Shown: one piece after another, positions 22,544 to 34,513 of the stretch
Numbering within the stretch: the first letter of the stretch is position 1
Layout of the letters: each line of letters begins with the position of its first letter
Origin: Psammoneis japonica
Lineage: Eukaryota
NCBI GenBank assembly: GCA_008632985.1
Contig: QPGO01000118.1
Location: forward strand, 186,001-223,223
Reading direction: 5' to 3'
DNA: 37,223 bases
Notes under the pieces: generated by a model
What the model was told of the DNA's origin: nothing
The model's input: only the letters and a program-made list of their open reading frames with translations
The model's database searches: none
Made by a program: the position numbers and the translations under genes

Positions 22544-23854
22544 TTATTCCTTGTCGGAAGATGACACATTTGTCGAGTCCACGTCGGGCAAAGCAACAGA
22601 AGGGCGTTTGCTAGCTTTGGTCCCACTCGAAGATGACTTCATCAAACTAAGCACTTCTCCCATTGCCGTCTTGAAGAGCCGTCCGGTATTTGTTTTGGCT
22701 GTTTCAGCCAAGATTCGTTTCAGTACCACATCCAACAGTCTATCAATGGGTTGATAGATACTCGGCAATGGGTTTTCAGATGATGCAGTACTGTCCATTA
22801 GTGACATGGGCGGACACAACTCGGCAGAACGAATCGTGACCTCGTCAATCACAATTGGTTTGTTCCAAATATCTTGACTCGACTTCTTTTCTAATTCCCA
22901 ATTATCCTGCGTAAAGATTCGCATTTCCTTTAACCGAATACGCCCCACTCGTACATAGAGTGGCGGAATTTCCTCCATGGATTCTCGTCTCTTGGGCGCG
23001 GGCGGAATCTCATTTGTGGTTTTGACTACGGTTTGACCAACATGCATTATAACCCGGGATCCCTCTGCCAGAGCATGAACCTTTTTCTTGTGATCCTTCA
23101 ACTCCTTGAGCTTGGTTGTAATCCTCCGTCGTTGCTTGTCCAAGGCGTTCTTGAGACTCCCCCGTTGGGCCGCGCGACTGAGCGAGTTGACGGCAGAAAA
23201 CATGTCTTGAACAATTTCTTGTGCTTGTGCCTTGGTTATGGAATCGTCGTCGGAATCATGATCATTCTCGTCATCCTCTTCCGCATCCTCGCGTTCCTGT
23301 TGTTGCTCCTGTTGTTCGTGTTTTAATATTTCTTTTGGATCGGGCAATTCCAGAGACGCATCGCACAAGTAGAAATTGAACACGTGACTTCGTCGTTCGA
23401 TAAAGACTTGCACATCGGAAACTTCAATCGAGTACAAATCCAGTCCCGATGTTTGTGACTGCCCTGGTAACTCATGTAGCAGCAGCATGGATCTTATAAT
23501 ACCAAGCAAATTGAATTCAACATAAACTCGCCCCGCTCGTCCCAAGAGCGGGGAAGACCATTTCCACTCGTCTCGGCCGGGCTGATGAATTACCACATTG
23601 GTAGCGTATGCGTTTCCTCTCAGCAAATCATACTCCAAGGATCCCAGTGTGAGTGGCGTCCCATTCAAAACATTCTTGGAAACATCGTGTTCAATCCATA
23701 ACCACAGCGCACGCTTGATCCAACCCAAATAGTGAAAAAACGAAAGGACGAGCGACGTCAGAATCAAGACGTATGCTGCTCTTAGAAACAGGGCCAATAC
23801 GACATCACATATCCATTGCCAGGCTTCTACTGCTGATGTTGCAATTGTCGTCAT
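22544..23854 (-). CDS. Hypothetical membrane-anchored protein with AsmA-like N-terminal beta region, 436 aa
   Basis: Intact ORF, normal composition; N-terminal TM (VVLALFLRAAYVLILTSLVLSFF); GTPLTLGSLEYDLLRGNAYATNVVIHQP...IEVSDVQVFIER..VFNF pattern recalls AsmA-family N-termini (family call from memory). Confidence 0.75.
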   Translation of the reverse strand: MTTIATSAVEAWQWICDVVLALFLRAAYVLILTSLVLSFFHYLGWIKRALWLWIEHDVSKNVLNGTPLTLGSLEYDLLRGNAYATNVVIHQPGRDEWKWSSPLLGRAGRVYVEFNLLGIIRSMLLLHELPGQSQTSGLDLYSIEVSDVQVFIERRSHVFNFYLCDASLELPDPKEILKHEQQEQQQEREDAEEDDENDHDSDDDSITKAQAQEIVQDMFSAVNSLSRAAQRGSLKNALDKQRRRITTKLKELKDHKKKVHALAEGSRVIMHVGQTVVKTTNEIPPAPKRRESMEEIPPLYVRVGRIRLKEMRIFTQDNWELEKKSSQDIWNKPIVIDEVTIRSAELCPPMSLMDSTASSENPLPSIYQPIDRLLDVVLKRILAETAKTNTGRLFKTAMGEVLSLMKSSSSGTKASKRPSVALPDVDSTNVSSSDKE

Positions 23855-25180
23855 GGTTGGATTGCAAGAGATTGTGGTCGGAGTTGGTTTGCAGGAGCAA
23901 TGACGACAACAACATCACCAACAAGTTACACTGTGTTGTTGAAGTTTCAGAAAACGATGTTTTTTGACGCAATTTCGCAAGTTTTCCAAATTGCGAGGCT
24001 TTTGCGCCGAAACATTCAAAAACAAAAATTAGCTCGTCGGCCATGATGAAAATGATCACAAACATGGTTCATTGAAAAGCCGTGTAACTAGAGAACGATT
24101 TAACTCTGCCATGGGAAGAAGAGCAAGCGCAACAGAGCAAAGGGCAAGCCATCACAGCCTGCACTGCGAGTCAATTGGCAAGCGCGACGGAGGAAGAGAG
24201 TAGCATGGATGCGCATAGCTAGTGACGTGATGCAATATGTAGCTTGCTGCTGAATGAAAGTCTTGTTTTAGATAAGAAGTTCATGCGATGCTTTTCCTTT
24301 GAGTCGAGGTGGTGAAATAATTCTTGATACAGTATTTGTGGCCGTATATGCCCTTTTTCCGTAATCATACCAATCCCGACAAGTGACAGGATGATTCGAT
24401 CCGGCGATACTGCAGATTCTTTTCCAGCGCGAAACTCTCATACCGGTACAGCGTATCTCCCGTTGTCGAGAGACCCAAGTTACCGACTTCCAAGTGTTCC
24501 GTCCATGCGTTTTTGGAAGCCCTTCGTCACAGCATCCGTGAGTCTCTTGTACGCTTCATGGTAACTCTTCAAACTGATGTACCACTGCTCAGAGCGATAG
24601 GCATGCGCTTTGCGTTTCAAGGTTGGTACGCGTTCAAGGTAGGTATAACACTTTCAGAAGAGACCATCAAGGCCACAAAACAAATGCGTCCTATCCTGAA
24701 CAGCAAAATTCTGTCACTCTTTTGCCATCCGAATAGCGTGCTCTGCTGTGTTTCCGTCAAACTTGGGGTATGCTATAGTAGCCTGATCCAGTATCTTTTG
24801 GAAACCCATTGTCGCAGCCTCCGAGAGGTCGTACTATCCATGCATGCCTCAAAGAAATGCCTCAATAATGGCCTGTCGTCAAACAATGTTAACATGCATT
24901 TATTGCTTACCTGTGTCTCCAAAACGAGACGGGCAAAATGAAACACAAACATCTCACTGTGTGCAGCATGCATTCTAAATGCTTATCGGTGATATCGAGA
25001 CGATACGAGAGAATACCATATTATGTGTTTTTGATAAGAAGTTATACACTTAAATTCGTACGACTATATGCCTGGTAAGCTCGCTTATAAGGTCTTCAAT
25101 AAACACAGGCACCCACGAATCAATCTGCTTACGTAAGTATGAAACGATCAACAACATGCACGTCACATTTCTGGCCATAT

Positions 25181-26631
25181 CTAACTGGAACCGCCACCAC
25201 TGCTTCCGCCTCCATAATGCTTCTTGTAGCCGCCACCACTGCTTCCTGAGCTTCCATAGCCGCCGCCGCCACTACTTCCTGAGCTTCCATAGCCGCCGCC
25301 GCCACTACTTCCAGAGCTTCCAGAGCCGCCGCCACTACTCCCAGAGCTTCCGGAGCCGCCACCACCACTACTCCCAGAGCTTCCGGAGCCGCCGCCACCA
25401 CTACTTCCAGAGCTTCCAGAGCCGCCACCACTACTTCCAGAGCTGCTTTTGCCAGGACCAGGGCTCGGGCCAGGGCATTCGTTGCAATTGGTGTCATCAC
25501 CCAAATACTTTCCAAAGCAGCTACGTTGCGTGACAATTGTACACGATCCAGGTGATCCACCACTGCTTCCAGAGCTCCCACTTCCTGAACTACCGGAGCC
25601 GCTGCCGCTGCCGGAACTACCGGAGCCACTTCCAGAGCTGCTTCCGGGACCGCCACTAGAGACACCGGGGAAACAGCATGCCCCCATTCTAGTGTCGGGA
25701 GCAGGACAGTCTACTTGAGGACACCTGAGGCCCTCTTTGAGCACACCGCCAAACCTATTAGTGCAGGCCCTTTCCGTAAAAACGTTCCTGCACAAACCAT
25801 TCGGTAGGCAGCAAGCTGACTTGGACGGGCGTGGCGGGCGTGGAGGTGTGGGGCAAGTAACTTGTCTACACTTTTTTCCTTCGCTGAACACGCCTCCAAA
25901 TTTGTTAACGCAGGTCCTTTCTTTAATGACGTTCCTGCACGAGCCGTCCTGTAGGCAGCAAGCTGATTTAGGAGGCCTGTCGGGAGGTTTGCAGATGCCG
26001 GCGTCCCCACAGCTAGATCCGATTCCTTCAAAGTTTCCACCTTTCCTCTTGCACATGTGTGCATCCGCAGTAACGCAACCGGAACTTGAGCAGCAGGCTC
26101 CATAGATTGGGCAAGTTTCTTGATTGCAATTGCTTCCAACGCCCCCGAAGTCGCCGTGCTCGTAGATGCAGTACGCTTGTCCTGTCATCTTGCACTTGCC
26201 AAGAGCGAGCAAACAGCAAGCTCCAATGCCATACTAACAAACAATCAGAAGTCACAGTATCGTTAGGGTGATCGAGACCTTCGAAAAAGCAAAGGTATGA
26301 AAACGAGATGTAACCAAACGTACCCCAGAGAGGACTCTTCCGGTCTTGAAAGCTGCCTCATCTCCGACAGCTTCTTCCAACACGGGCTGAAGAATCGATG
26401 GGAGTTAGAAAAATCGGGGAAATGAAAAACTGGAAGCTAAAGTGAATTCTTCTTACCTCAGCCTTGGACGGGACGCGGTCTGAAATTGAAATAAAAAGCT
26501 TCTCAAATTGAGAACACTGCCATGATGTCACTTGTCAACGTGTCGACAGCCAATTGCGTATGGTACGTACCTGGAGCTGCACAAACTGCCACGGCAAGAA
26601 GAAGAATGGCTCCCCTTGAGAGTAGCGTCAT
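25181..26631 (-). CDS. Secreted Cys-repeat, Gly/Ser-rich protein (~399 aa); exons 26631-26571, 26479-26457, 26386-26324, 26233-25181
   Basis: Signal peptide MTLLSRGAILLLAVAVCAAP; three GT-AG introns splice in frame (1200 nt total); GRVLSG motif; five (G/S)ACC-C-C-G-C-C repeats; GGGSGSSGSS tail. Confidence 0.85.
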
Positions 26632-27404
26632 CTTGTTTTCAAATCAATCTGCTATTGCGTTTCACGACGATCCCTGTTGCAAAAATAATGAAAAGATACA
26701 CCGAACAGTTGCGAATCAATTCTCGAATTTGGATTTGACGTCCATGATGAGAACATCGTGATCTTGTGTGATGTGATCTACATTTAAAACAATTACTTAT
26801 GAATCTACAGCCACCTTTGACATACTATCGATATTATTGTGCACTGAATGTGTCGACCGTCTGTGTACATTTAGGGATTATAAAGGTATATCAAAAAGTA
26901 TGGTGAGAAAGACGAGTTGGTTCCTAAATATTAAAATGTGTGGAATGGACACAATTGTGAATGGTTGTCACTATTATCATTATTAATCATGGATAGAATC
27001 AATTGAGTTTGCGTTTAAATAAACTCGAACATTTAACCATTATTGAATGACCGTTGGGCCTACGTAGAATTTTCTGAGACCAACAAAATTGGGGATGGTT
27101 CAATTGCCCACACATTTTACTGCTGTACATGGCTCTACTCTAGCTCTAGAGTCTACTCTCTAGCAGCAGCTACCACTGGATGGTGGCTCTAGCAGCAGTA
27201 GAGAGTAGCTCTACAGCAGCTACCACGGCAGTGCTGTTCGTGGTGTGTGCTGGCAGCACTGTCGGCCACGAACAAAAACACCACGACTGCTGCTCTCTTC
27301 ACCAAGCAGTGGGGCAGCACAGAGCTTGGAGAGAGAACCAGACCAACTGCTGCTGGCCAGCTCTCTCTAGAGCAGAGAGTGCAACAACTGTGCACAAATG
27401 CCTG

Positions 27405-28080
27405 ACACCCAATTTGTTCAACAATGGGCTTCACAATGTCCAGAGTTGGTTTGAGCCCCATTGCCATTTGACAATGACGGAGCTTGCCACAACAAGTGAT
27501 GATGATTGTGTGTGATTGTTTGAGCTCCCAACCTGACTCCTGATGAAAGCAAAACACAGTCAGACCCAACTTGACAAAATGCTTAAAGCCAGTTTTGCAC
27601 TTGAGAACATCTTGCACTCCTCTTGGCAAAGAGAAGACAAACTGGGCATTTCAAAGCCCTCATTGAATGAACAAAAATTAGAGACCAGTTGAGCTCATCA
27701 ATCTTTCTCAGGGATGATTGGAAAGCCTGCCCACCCAGCAAAACCAAAAGGTCTTGCCACTCCCAACTTTACAAGATGTTGAAGCTTTTTCTTGAACATC
27801 TCACTCTGAATCTTTTGGAGACAGAGCAAGGGTTGAAAATGTGAGGCAGACACAGTGGCTTCAGGGTCTGCTCCAAAGTGAGCCAACTTGCAAGGATGTT
27901 GACCCAATTTTCCATTGAGTGTCTCAGGAAACTTGGGTGGCACTTGTTGCAATTTTTTTTGGTCTTTTGAAAGACAAGATCCTTCAGAAGATGCTGGCTC
28001 ACGCTTGGCACCCAGAATTGAAGTGGAGTGCTCATCATGTGGAAACAGCACAGTGAGTGATGGCTGGCATTTGCCTGAAT
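27405..28080 (-). mobile_element. Ty3/Gypsy pol fragment (linker + N-terminal reverse transcriptase), decayed, within TpA-depleted domain 4 (~27230-28940)
   Basis: KFPETLNGKLGQHPCK, FKKKLQHLVKLGV, W..FPIIPEKD, QDVLKCKTGFKHFVKLGL, TIIITCCGKLRHCQMAMGLK. Confidence 0.85.
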
Positions 28081-28188
28081 TTGTTTTTGCTGCTTCTGGA
28101 CCTGCAAGAGAAAAGTGAACACTCTCCCTGTCATCCCAGAAAGCAAGCTTTTTCATTGCTGGTGTGGACTTGTTTGTTTGTTGTTTTA

Positions 28189-28789
28189 CAGCACCAGATG
28201 AAAAAAATTGCATCAATTCCTGCCTGCGTTGTTCAAAAATGTGATCAAAGAAGCAGATGATGAAGGCACAAGGTCACATTTGGAAACATGTTCCAGCCCT
28301 CCTGGGTGGGACTCCATGTGCCACTTGGTGCACAGAATTTCCATGTGCAAGTTTTGCATCAAAGTTGCTTGGCAGCAAATGTGTTGATGATGGCCAAGAG
28401 AAAATGAGGCAGTTTTGTCATCCGAGGAGTGCTTGAAGTGCGTTGTCAGTGGCTTGCCCCTGGGTGTTTTCTTGAGACATTGAAGAAATTGTCCAGCCCA
28501 GCTTTGTTCTCAAAAAACTGATCACAAGAAATGACAGCCTTTGGCTTTGCAAAATGGGGGGCATGGAACAACTCTTTGCAAAAGAGTGCACACACAGAAG
28601 TGGTGTGTGCGCATGACACACAGAACATGATCAAAAAACATTCTGGGGAATGAATCTGGACAGCTGCTGTTCAAACAATCAGCATGTGCAGGATTTGTGC
28701 TGGAACAGTCTGCCAATCAGTGCAATTGAGGCATTTGGAAAAATCCAGTGAATGCTGGGCAGAGTCTGCATTTTTTTCATCTGGTGCTG
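28189..28789. mobile_element. Candidate ~600-bp TIR element abutting the Gypsy remnant
   Basis: cagcaccagatgaaaaaaat at 28189 and its reverse complement ending at 28789; TA on the left flank only. Confidence 0.45.
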
Positions 28790-29363
28790 CTGTTCCCCAA
28801 CTGGTTGCAAAAAGCAATCTGAACTCCACTGATTTGTCGCGAGATCGAAGTGCCTCACGTGAATCATCTGGAGGGGGGCTAAAAGAAACGAAAGTGAAAG
28901 GGAAAGAGAGAAGTTTCAAGCCACAGAATGCGCTGTTATGCTGACGCTAAAAAGTTGCTTTTCAAACAGAGGTGCATAAATCGTCTGTCTGTCGTCTTCC
29001 GCTCGAGTGTGCAAACACACCTCTGCGAAAGAAGCTACTACTAGCTAGAGTTTGTCTCCCATGGCGACCTGAAGTTGCACTCTGGAGATTATTCTAGAGA
29101 GCGTAACGGTAGGGCCTACGATAATTTTGATCCATTTAGCGATCTCCAAGCACAACTCCATTTTTCTCCAAGAATTTAACTCTCACATCGCGCTGGTACA
29201 GTCTCATGAAAATAGCAATGAAAATAAATAAACCACTCTGAGATTGAGCACTCAGCCAAATCATTCATTGCATATTCGGGAAGAAGCCAGCATACGCGAA
29301 CGGAACAAAGACATCCATGCATGGCCAAAGCGAAGAAAGAGTAAAACAGGATGTTCAATGCCA

Positions 29364-30512
29364 TTAATGCAGAAAATCAACCTCAGGCGACTCCTCCTGC
29401 GCTGCTGCTGCTGCTGCTGCTAACTGTCTGTAGTGTTCGTTGCTATGTCGTTTGCGGAGGGACCATTCGAATCCAATTGATTCCAGCTTTTCAATTTGTT
29501 CGGGAGTGATTCTCCTTTTGCTTGGCTTGGAGACATTGCTTGTGAAACACTTGTATGCGTACCTCATGTCTTGGACCCATTCTCCCAAGCCCTGTGGATT
29601 CTTAAGCAATTGTGGCACGCGGACGTGTCCGTTCTCTTCCTTGAACTTGAGCAGTTGTTGGTACCGCTCTTCCCAGGGCAAATGTTCGTTTTTGAGCTTC
29701 TGCCAAATCATTCCAATGCTGTCGAGTTTCCGAATTTGTTCCGGAGTTATTGTGGTTTGCTTTCCAAAAGAATACAATTTTCGTTTCGATCTTTGCCGAG
29801 AGACCCAGTGCCCAAGCTCTGGGTATTGCGGATGCTTTTTTGGTACATCACAGTTTCCATACGTCGACTTGTAGGCCTTAAGCTCTTCAAAGCGCTCTTC
29901 CCACATCCGAGAAAGAGCGGCACTCGATTTTCCGCGCTTTCGTCTTGGCGCATCAGCTTCGCCGGTAGCGTTTCCTTTGAGCTTTTCGACTTCTTTTTCG
30001 AGTGCATTGATTTTTCTTTCATCCTCTTTTTGTTTTTCTTTACTCGCAGCCAGGTCAGCCGAAAGTTGTTTGTTTTTAGCCTCTTGTTTCTTGTTGATCT
30101 CGGCCAGTTGCCTATTTTGAGCTGCCATACCATTCATTTCGGCCCTGTGCTTTTGTTTCAATTCGACAATTGCAAGGGCGTGGTTTTTCTGCATTTCGCT
30201 TTGTTGCGCCTTGAGCGCATTTTCATCTTGAGGCATCGTCGCCACAGGGAACGGGTGATGAATTGGATATGTTGGAAAGAAGTATGGTGCAGTCCCATAT
30301 GGAGGATATAGCGCAAACGGCAAGCCCATACTTGGCCCGTTGTTGGTCGCCGGTGCTCTGGCTTGCGCCTCTGTATTGGGTAACGAATCGTTCCCGTTCT
30401 TGTTTTTCGGTTCTGCGTTTGTATGCTTCCCCGCTGGTTTGACAGCACCGCCTCCCGCTCCAGGGGCAGATGCCGTGTCAGAATTGCGTTGGCGTTCTGA
30501 AGGCTGGCCCAT
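29364..30512 (-). CDS. Helicase-associated (HA) domain protein: coiled coil + two HA repeats, ~382 aa
   Basis: WEERFEELKAYKSTYGNCDVP...LGHWVSRQR...LDSIGMIW and WEERYQQLLKFKEENGHVRVP...LGEWVQDMR...LESIGFEW; first ATG at 30512. Confidence 0.9.
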   Translation of the reverse strand: MGQPSERQRNSDTASAPGAGGGAVKPAGKHTNAEPKNKNGNDSLPNTEAQARAPATNNGPSMGLPFALYPPYGTAPYFFPTYPIHHPFPVATMPQDENALKAQQSEMQKNHALAIVELKQKHRAEMNGMAAQNRQLAEINKKQEAKNKQLSADLAASKEKQKEDERKINALEKEVEKLKGNATGEADAPRRKRGKSSAALSRMWEERFEELKAYKSTYGNCDVPKKHPQYPELGHWVSRQRSKRKLYSFGKQTTITPEQIRKLDSIGMIWQKLKNEHLPWEERYQQLLKFKEENGHVRVPQLLKNPQGLGEWVQDMRYAYKCFTSNVSKPSKRRITPEQIEKLESIGFEWSLRKRHSNEHYRQLAAAAAAAQEESPEVDFLH

Positions 30513-30729
30513 GATTAACTTGAAACTCTTCTGTGAGCTTCTGTCCTTGCTAAAGTAAATACGCAACCGCTAGTCAAGGATTGTACGATGGTAACCGAAG
30601 GCCAAGCTCTCCATTCAAGAAGCTCTGTGAGTCTGCTGCTGCTGCAATGACTATGAAAATTCTTGATTATTCAACACCCGACACCCCCGCTCGCGCGCTC
30701 GCAGATTGATTCACGTGTTGTATGTGCGG

Positions 30730-32240
30730 CACTGCTCGCTTCCACTGCCGGCACCGGCACACAGTTGCTGCCCAACTTCCTCAACTGAGGGGCTGAGAAA
30801 GACTTGCTTTTTTCTTTTTAAACAAACCTGTTCGACCCAGTGCCCCCTTTTTGGGGATGGATCCCGGTGTAACCCATGCACACCAAAGGATGCAGCAAAA
30901 ATCAGCTCCCACCAGAGCTTTCGCTGATTCTTTGTTGGTGGTTGGCCCATGATCTGCAAAATGTGTGTGCATTTCTGTCCTCCCAAGCAACAATGCAAAA
31001 CTTGTGGGCAACCCAAGTGAGACAGCTTGAGTGTTGCAAAAAAGTTGTGGGGCTGTTTTGTGGAGAAGAAAATGTGTGTGTGCAGTGGTGGCAAGAAGAA
31101 GACACATGTGGAGCTGGAACCCCTGTGTGAAGTCAGTCATGGTTGGTGCACAACAGGCTTGGCATGAGCTGTGCTTTCTCAGCACACATGCTTGCACATC
31201 ATTGGCTGTGACAACAGACACATGGCAGAAGTGGTGCTGCTGTGTCACAACAGGGGGGTGCCCACTGCAGGTGCAGTGCTGGACTCCCTTGCCAACAAGC
31301 AGCAAAGCTCTCAAACACGGACAGCTGCGCCGCCATGCACAAAAATGCAGGCTCATCAGCTGTGTGGGGCACCAAGCATGTGCAAAGCTTGCTGTGCATT
31401 GCAAAGCCCAGATCTGCTCTCTGCAAGAGTGGTGGTCTTTGTTGCAACACAAACAGCCCAGAAACAAAAAAATGTGGACAACTCTGCAGTGCACAGTGCA
31501 CTGAAGCATGCAGGAGGCAACACAGAGCTTGATCAGACAAACACATTCATTCATTGTCAACCCAAACATGCTGGTTGAATGAGCACCTGCATGTGAAGGA
31601 CACCAACAGTCAGTTGCAACTATGGCCAGCCAGATTGAAACAATCACAAAATTCCATTGAGAACAGCCAATCACTCTGCACACCATGGACTCCAGTGGAG
31701 TTTTGTCAGGCATGCCAAGTTGCTTGACAATGAGAACCTGTTGGTTTGTTTTGGAGACACAGCAGCTTTCATTGAAAAAAGAGCCTCTTCTTTTCAACAC
31801 TTTGCAGTCTTCTTCCTTCTCTCACATGCAGCACCTCCTGTTGTTGCATGGTGCAAACTCAGTGGCACTTTGCCATTCAGAGCTGTGCAAAATGGGGGCA
31901 CACTGAAAAAAGAGCAGAGTGTTGATCCCAGCACACGACCTGTGCATCATCACATGTGTGGCAGCATCTCTGGAATGTGAGCAGCTGCACCACCTGCAGA
32001 GAGAATTTGGCTGTTTTGGAGCAGCACACCACAGGGCCACTCATGACCTTTCAGAACACAGCATCAAGTGCAACCAGGTGCAACCAATGAAACTAAGTCA
32101 GTGCAGCAGTGGCAAGGTCTCAATGGGTGTGAGTCTGTCCACACCTCACCAAATTGGTTCGCTGACAAAGTGATGGAGGATCCAAAACAAAGTGATGGAG
32201 GATCCAAAATGCTTGAAGGAAATGAGTTTGAAGACTGAGG
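30730..32240. other. TpA- and CpG-depleted domain 5, unclassified decayed sequence
   Basis: Almost no TA or CG; no recognisable motif; 22-bp tandem duplication at 32165-32208 near the right border. Confidence 0.8.
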
Positions 32241-32455
32241 GATCCAGCTAACTTGACTTTCTAGAGAGAATACCTGCGGTCTAGTAGTCGTACAGTAGTC
32301 GGGTCTCAGCGATTGTTGGCACTAGCACAAAAGGTTGCGGGTAAGCTCCAACTTGCGAGAACAACAAAAAAGAGAACAATCTCCAATCTGCGTCGTTGTC
32401 GTACGCTATACTCTTTCTGCTACTCTCTAGAGTCTCGGTATTACCACATTCTTTT

Positions 32456-33844
32456 TTAATACAATCTCATGAAAATGATAAAGAAAATCAAAATCCCAAA
32501 CACCTTGAGAATAAGCGCACGGTTTCCCTTTTTGAGCGCATGCAATTTATTGATTTCCTCGTGTCCGGCATGCACGTCCAGAGAAGCTCGTTCGACATCG
32601 TCTTCAATCTTTTCCAAAACTTCACCCTGCGAATGAATCAATGTGGACATTTTACCAAAGAGCTGTCCCAAATCGGCCAAGGACCGTTCCGCCATGCGAG
32701 CGTGTTCGAGACGTTCTTGGGTTTGGCGGTCTTGTTGGCGCATTTGAATCTGTGCTTGAATCTGTTCCGTGTCGTCATTGTCTTGACTACTAGTTTTGGA
32801 TTGTAAAGACGCTGCTTTTCGTTGTCGCATTCCAGTAGTGGATGGAGCCGAGCTTCCACCATAGCCTCCACCACCATATCCACCATAACCCGAAGATCCA
32901 CCACCATAGCCACCGCCACCATAATAGCCAGAAGTTGTGGTTGTACCAGCAGCACTTCCTCCATATAAATGAGGAGCGCTCTCGTGACTTCGGGGTGATG
33001 ATTTTAACTTTGCCGTATTATTTGCAGTAGTTGGTCGAGGCAGAGCCGTTGCCGATCGCGGAGCTGCTGCACTACTGGAACGCGTTGCTGCTGTTGTTGT
33101 TGTTGTCATTGTAAAGAGAGGACTATCCATGGGCATTCTAGCACTGCTGCTTCCGTTGCTACTGTTCTTTTGTATAGTAGAATTTTTCTTTTTGGCAGAA
33201 CTCGGATTCAACAATTTCCGTCGTTGCGCTTGATCCGCCAAGACACTACCACGTACTTTTAATACCTCTTTTAATCGCAAGGTTTGTTGTGACGCGACTT
33301 GTTCCAACCACACGGCAACCAATTCCAAATGCCGACCGTGTTGTTTCGATTTCTGAAGGGACGGTGATTGGAGAGACGCCACCACAACCGCCAACTCCTT
33401 GGCGTCCGTTTCTAAATTGCGTACCTCCACGGCAATGTCCTTTGTGGGGTCATTGACGTGTCCCCGTCGACGTACCAATCCTTCTAATCGCTGTAGGCCC
33501 GTTTGCATGGTGCGGAGCAACTCGAGGCCATCCACGAGAAGCGCAGCAATTTGGGAATCACCTCGGGATGATGTAGTTTCTTGATGCAAATGTAACTGAG
33601 AAGGATCGACCGACATCCACCAGGGCGGTTGCTTTTGTTGTGATGGTTGGTATTGTGTCTTTAATATTTTGAGTGCTGTTCGTGCACACGACAAGAGCTC
33701 GGATGATCGTGAAACCGCATGAGACATTGTTGAATTACTGCTGCTGTTTGTTGTAGAGCCGTTGTTGCCATTGAGCGATACAGGTGGTGACGAGGATGAA
33801 ATCAAGGATGAAGCAGGGCCACCGGGAGCATAATACGAAGTCAT
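32456..33844 (-). CDS. STX5: Syntaxin-5-like Qa-SNARE (Sed5/SYP3 family), 462 aa
   Basis: LVRRRGHVNDPTKDI (Habc-region motif), SNARE coil ERSLADLGQLFGKMSTLIHSQGEVLEKIEDDV, C-terminal NRALILKVFGILIFFIIF anchor. Confidence 0.85.
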   Translation of the reverse strand: MTSYYAPGGPASSLISSSSPPVSLNGNNGSTTNSSSNSTMSHAVSRSSELLSCARTALKILKTQYQPSQQKQPPWWMSVDPSQLHLHQETTSSRGDSQIAALLVDGLELLRTMQTGLQRLEGLVRRRGHVNDPTKDIAVEVRNLETDAKELAVVVASLQSPSLQKSKQHGRHLELVAVWLEQVASQQTLRLKEVLKVRGSVLADQAQRRKLLNPSSAKKKNSTIQKNSSNGSSSARMPMDSPLFTMTTTTTAATRSSSAAAPRSATALPRPTTANNTAKLKSSPRSHESAPHLYGGSAAGTTTTSGYYGGGGYGGGSSGYGGYGGGGYGGSSAPSTTGMRQRKAASLQSKTSSQDNDDTEQIQAQIQMRQQDRQTQERLEHARMAERSLADLGQLFGKMSTLIHSQGEVLEKIEDDVERASLDVHAGHEEINKLHALKKGNRALILKVFGILIFFIIFMRLY

Positions 33845-34513
33845 ATTGTTGTTATTGTTGGTTCATAGATTGTATGGAAACGACGGGAATGACTTGAGCA
33901 CTTGAGCGTCATTGTGGGATTGAGCATCGTCAGTCGTCAGTGAGCAGCGCACACGGACGAAGGCAAGACGTCTCGCGAAAAACGCGCGCGCAATGGGCAT
34001 ACATACGTTCATTACTACCATACACGTAGATTAGACAAACACTCAATCCTTCTTCATTTACAGTGCATCTTTATTAAGCTTACAAATAAATTGGTTCCTC
34101 CTTTATGGTAGGAACTCTGGACACGAAGTGAGGAGGTGTGGAACCCGGGCTGGTTTGGATTGCCATGCGCGCGAGCATCAAATTTTAGAGCTTTGATCTT
34201 TACTTGCCACCAATCATTTTTTAAAAAATTCGCACGCTTAAATGATGGGTTCGCAATTAATTAATGTGCGACGTAATTCTATATTTATGTTTTAACATTA
34301 TATCAAAAAATAATGGCGATTTAATTCTTGTGTTCGTGCATGGACACATTATAAGAAGAGACGTGGGTTTCCCCTTTTTGATAATTCTGGTGTGATCGTT
34401 CTATGGTAGATGATGAGAGAACTGTCCTAACGTTGTGTGTCACTGGTTGCTGAGTGTGTCTGTCATTGCAATAATGTGCTAACATCGATTTGTTAGATTA
34501 GACCCTTTGTTTT

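Noticed and set aside
29496..30311. 271-aa + strand ORF
   Set aside because: Antisense shadow of the HA-domain gene.
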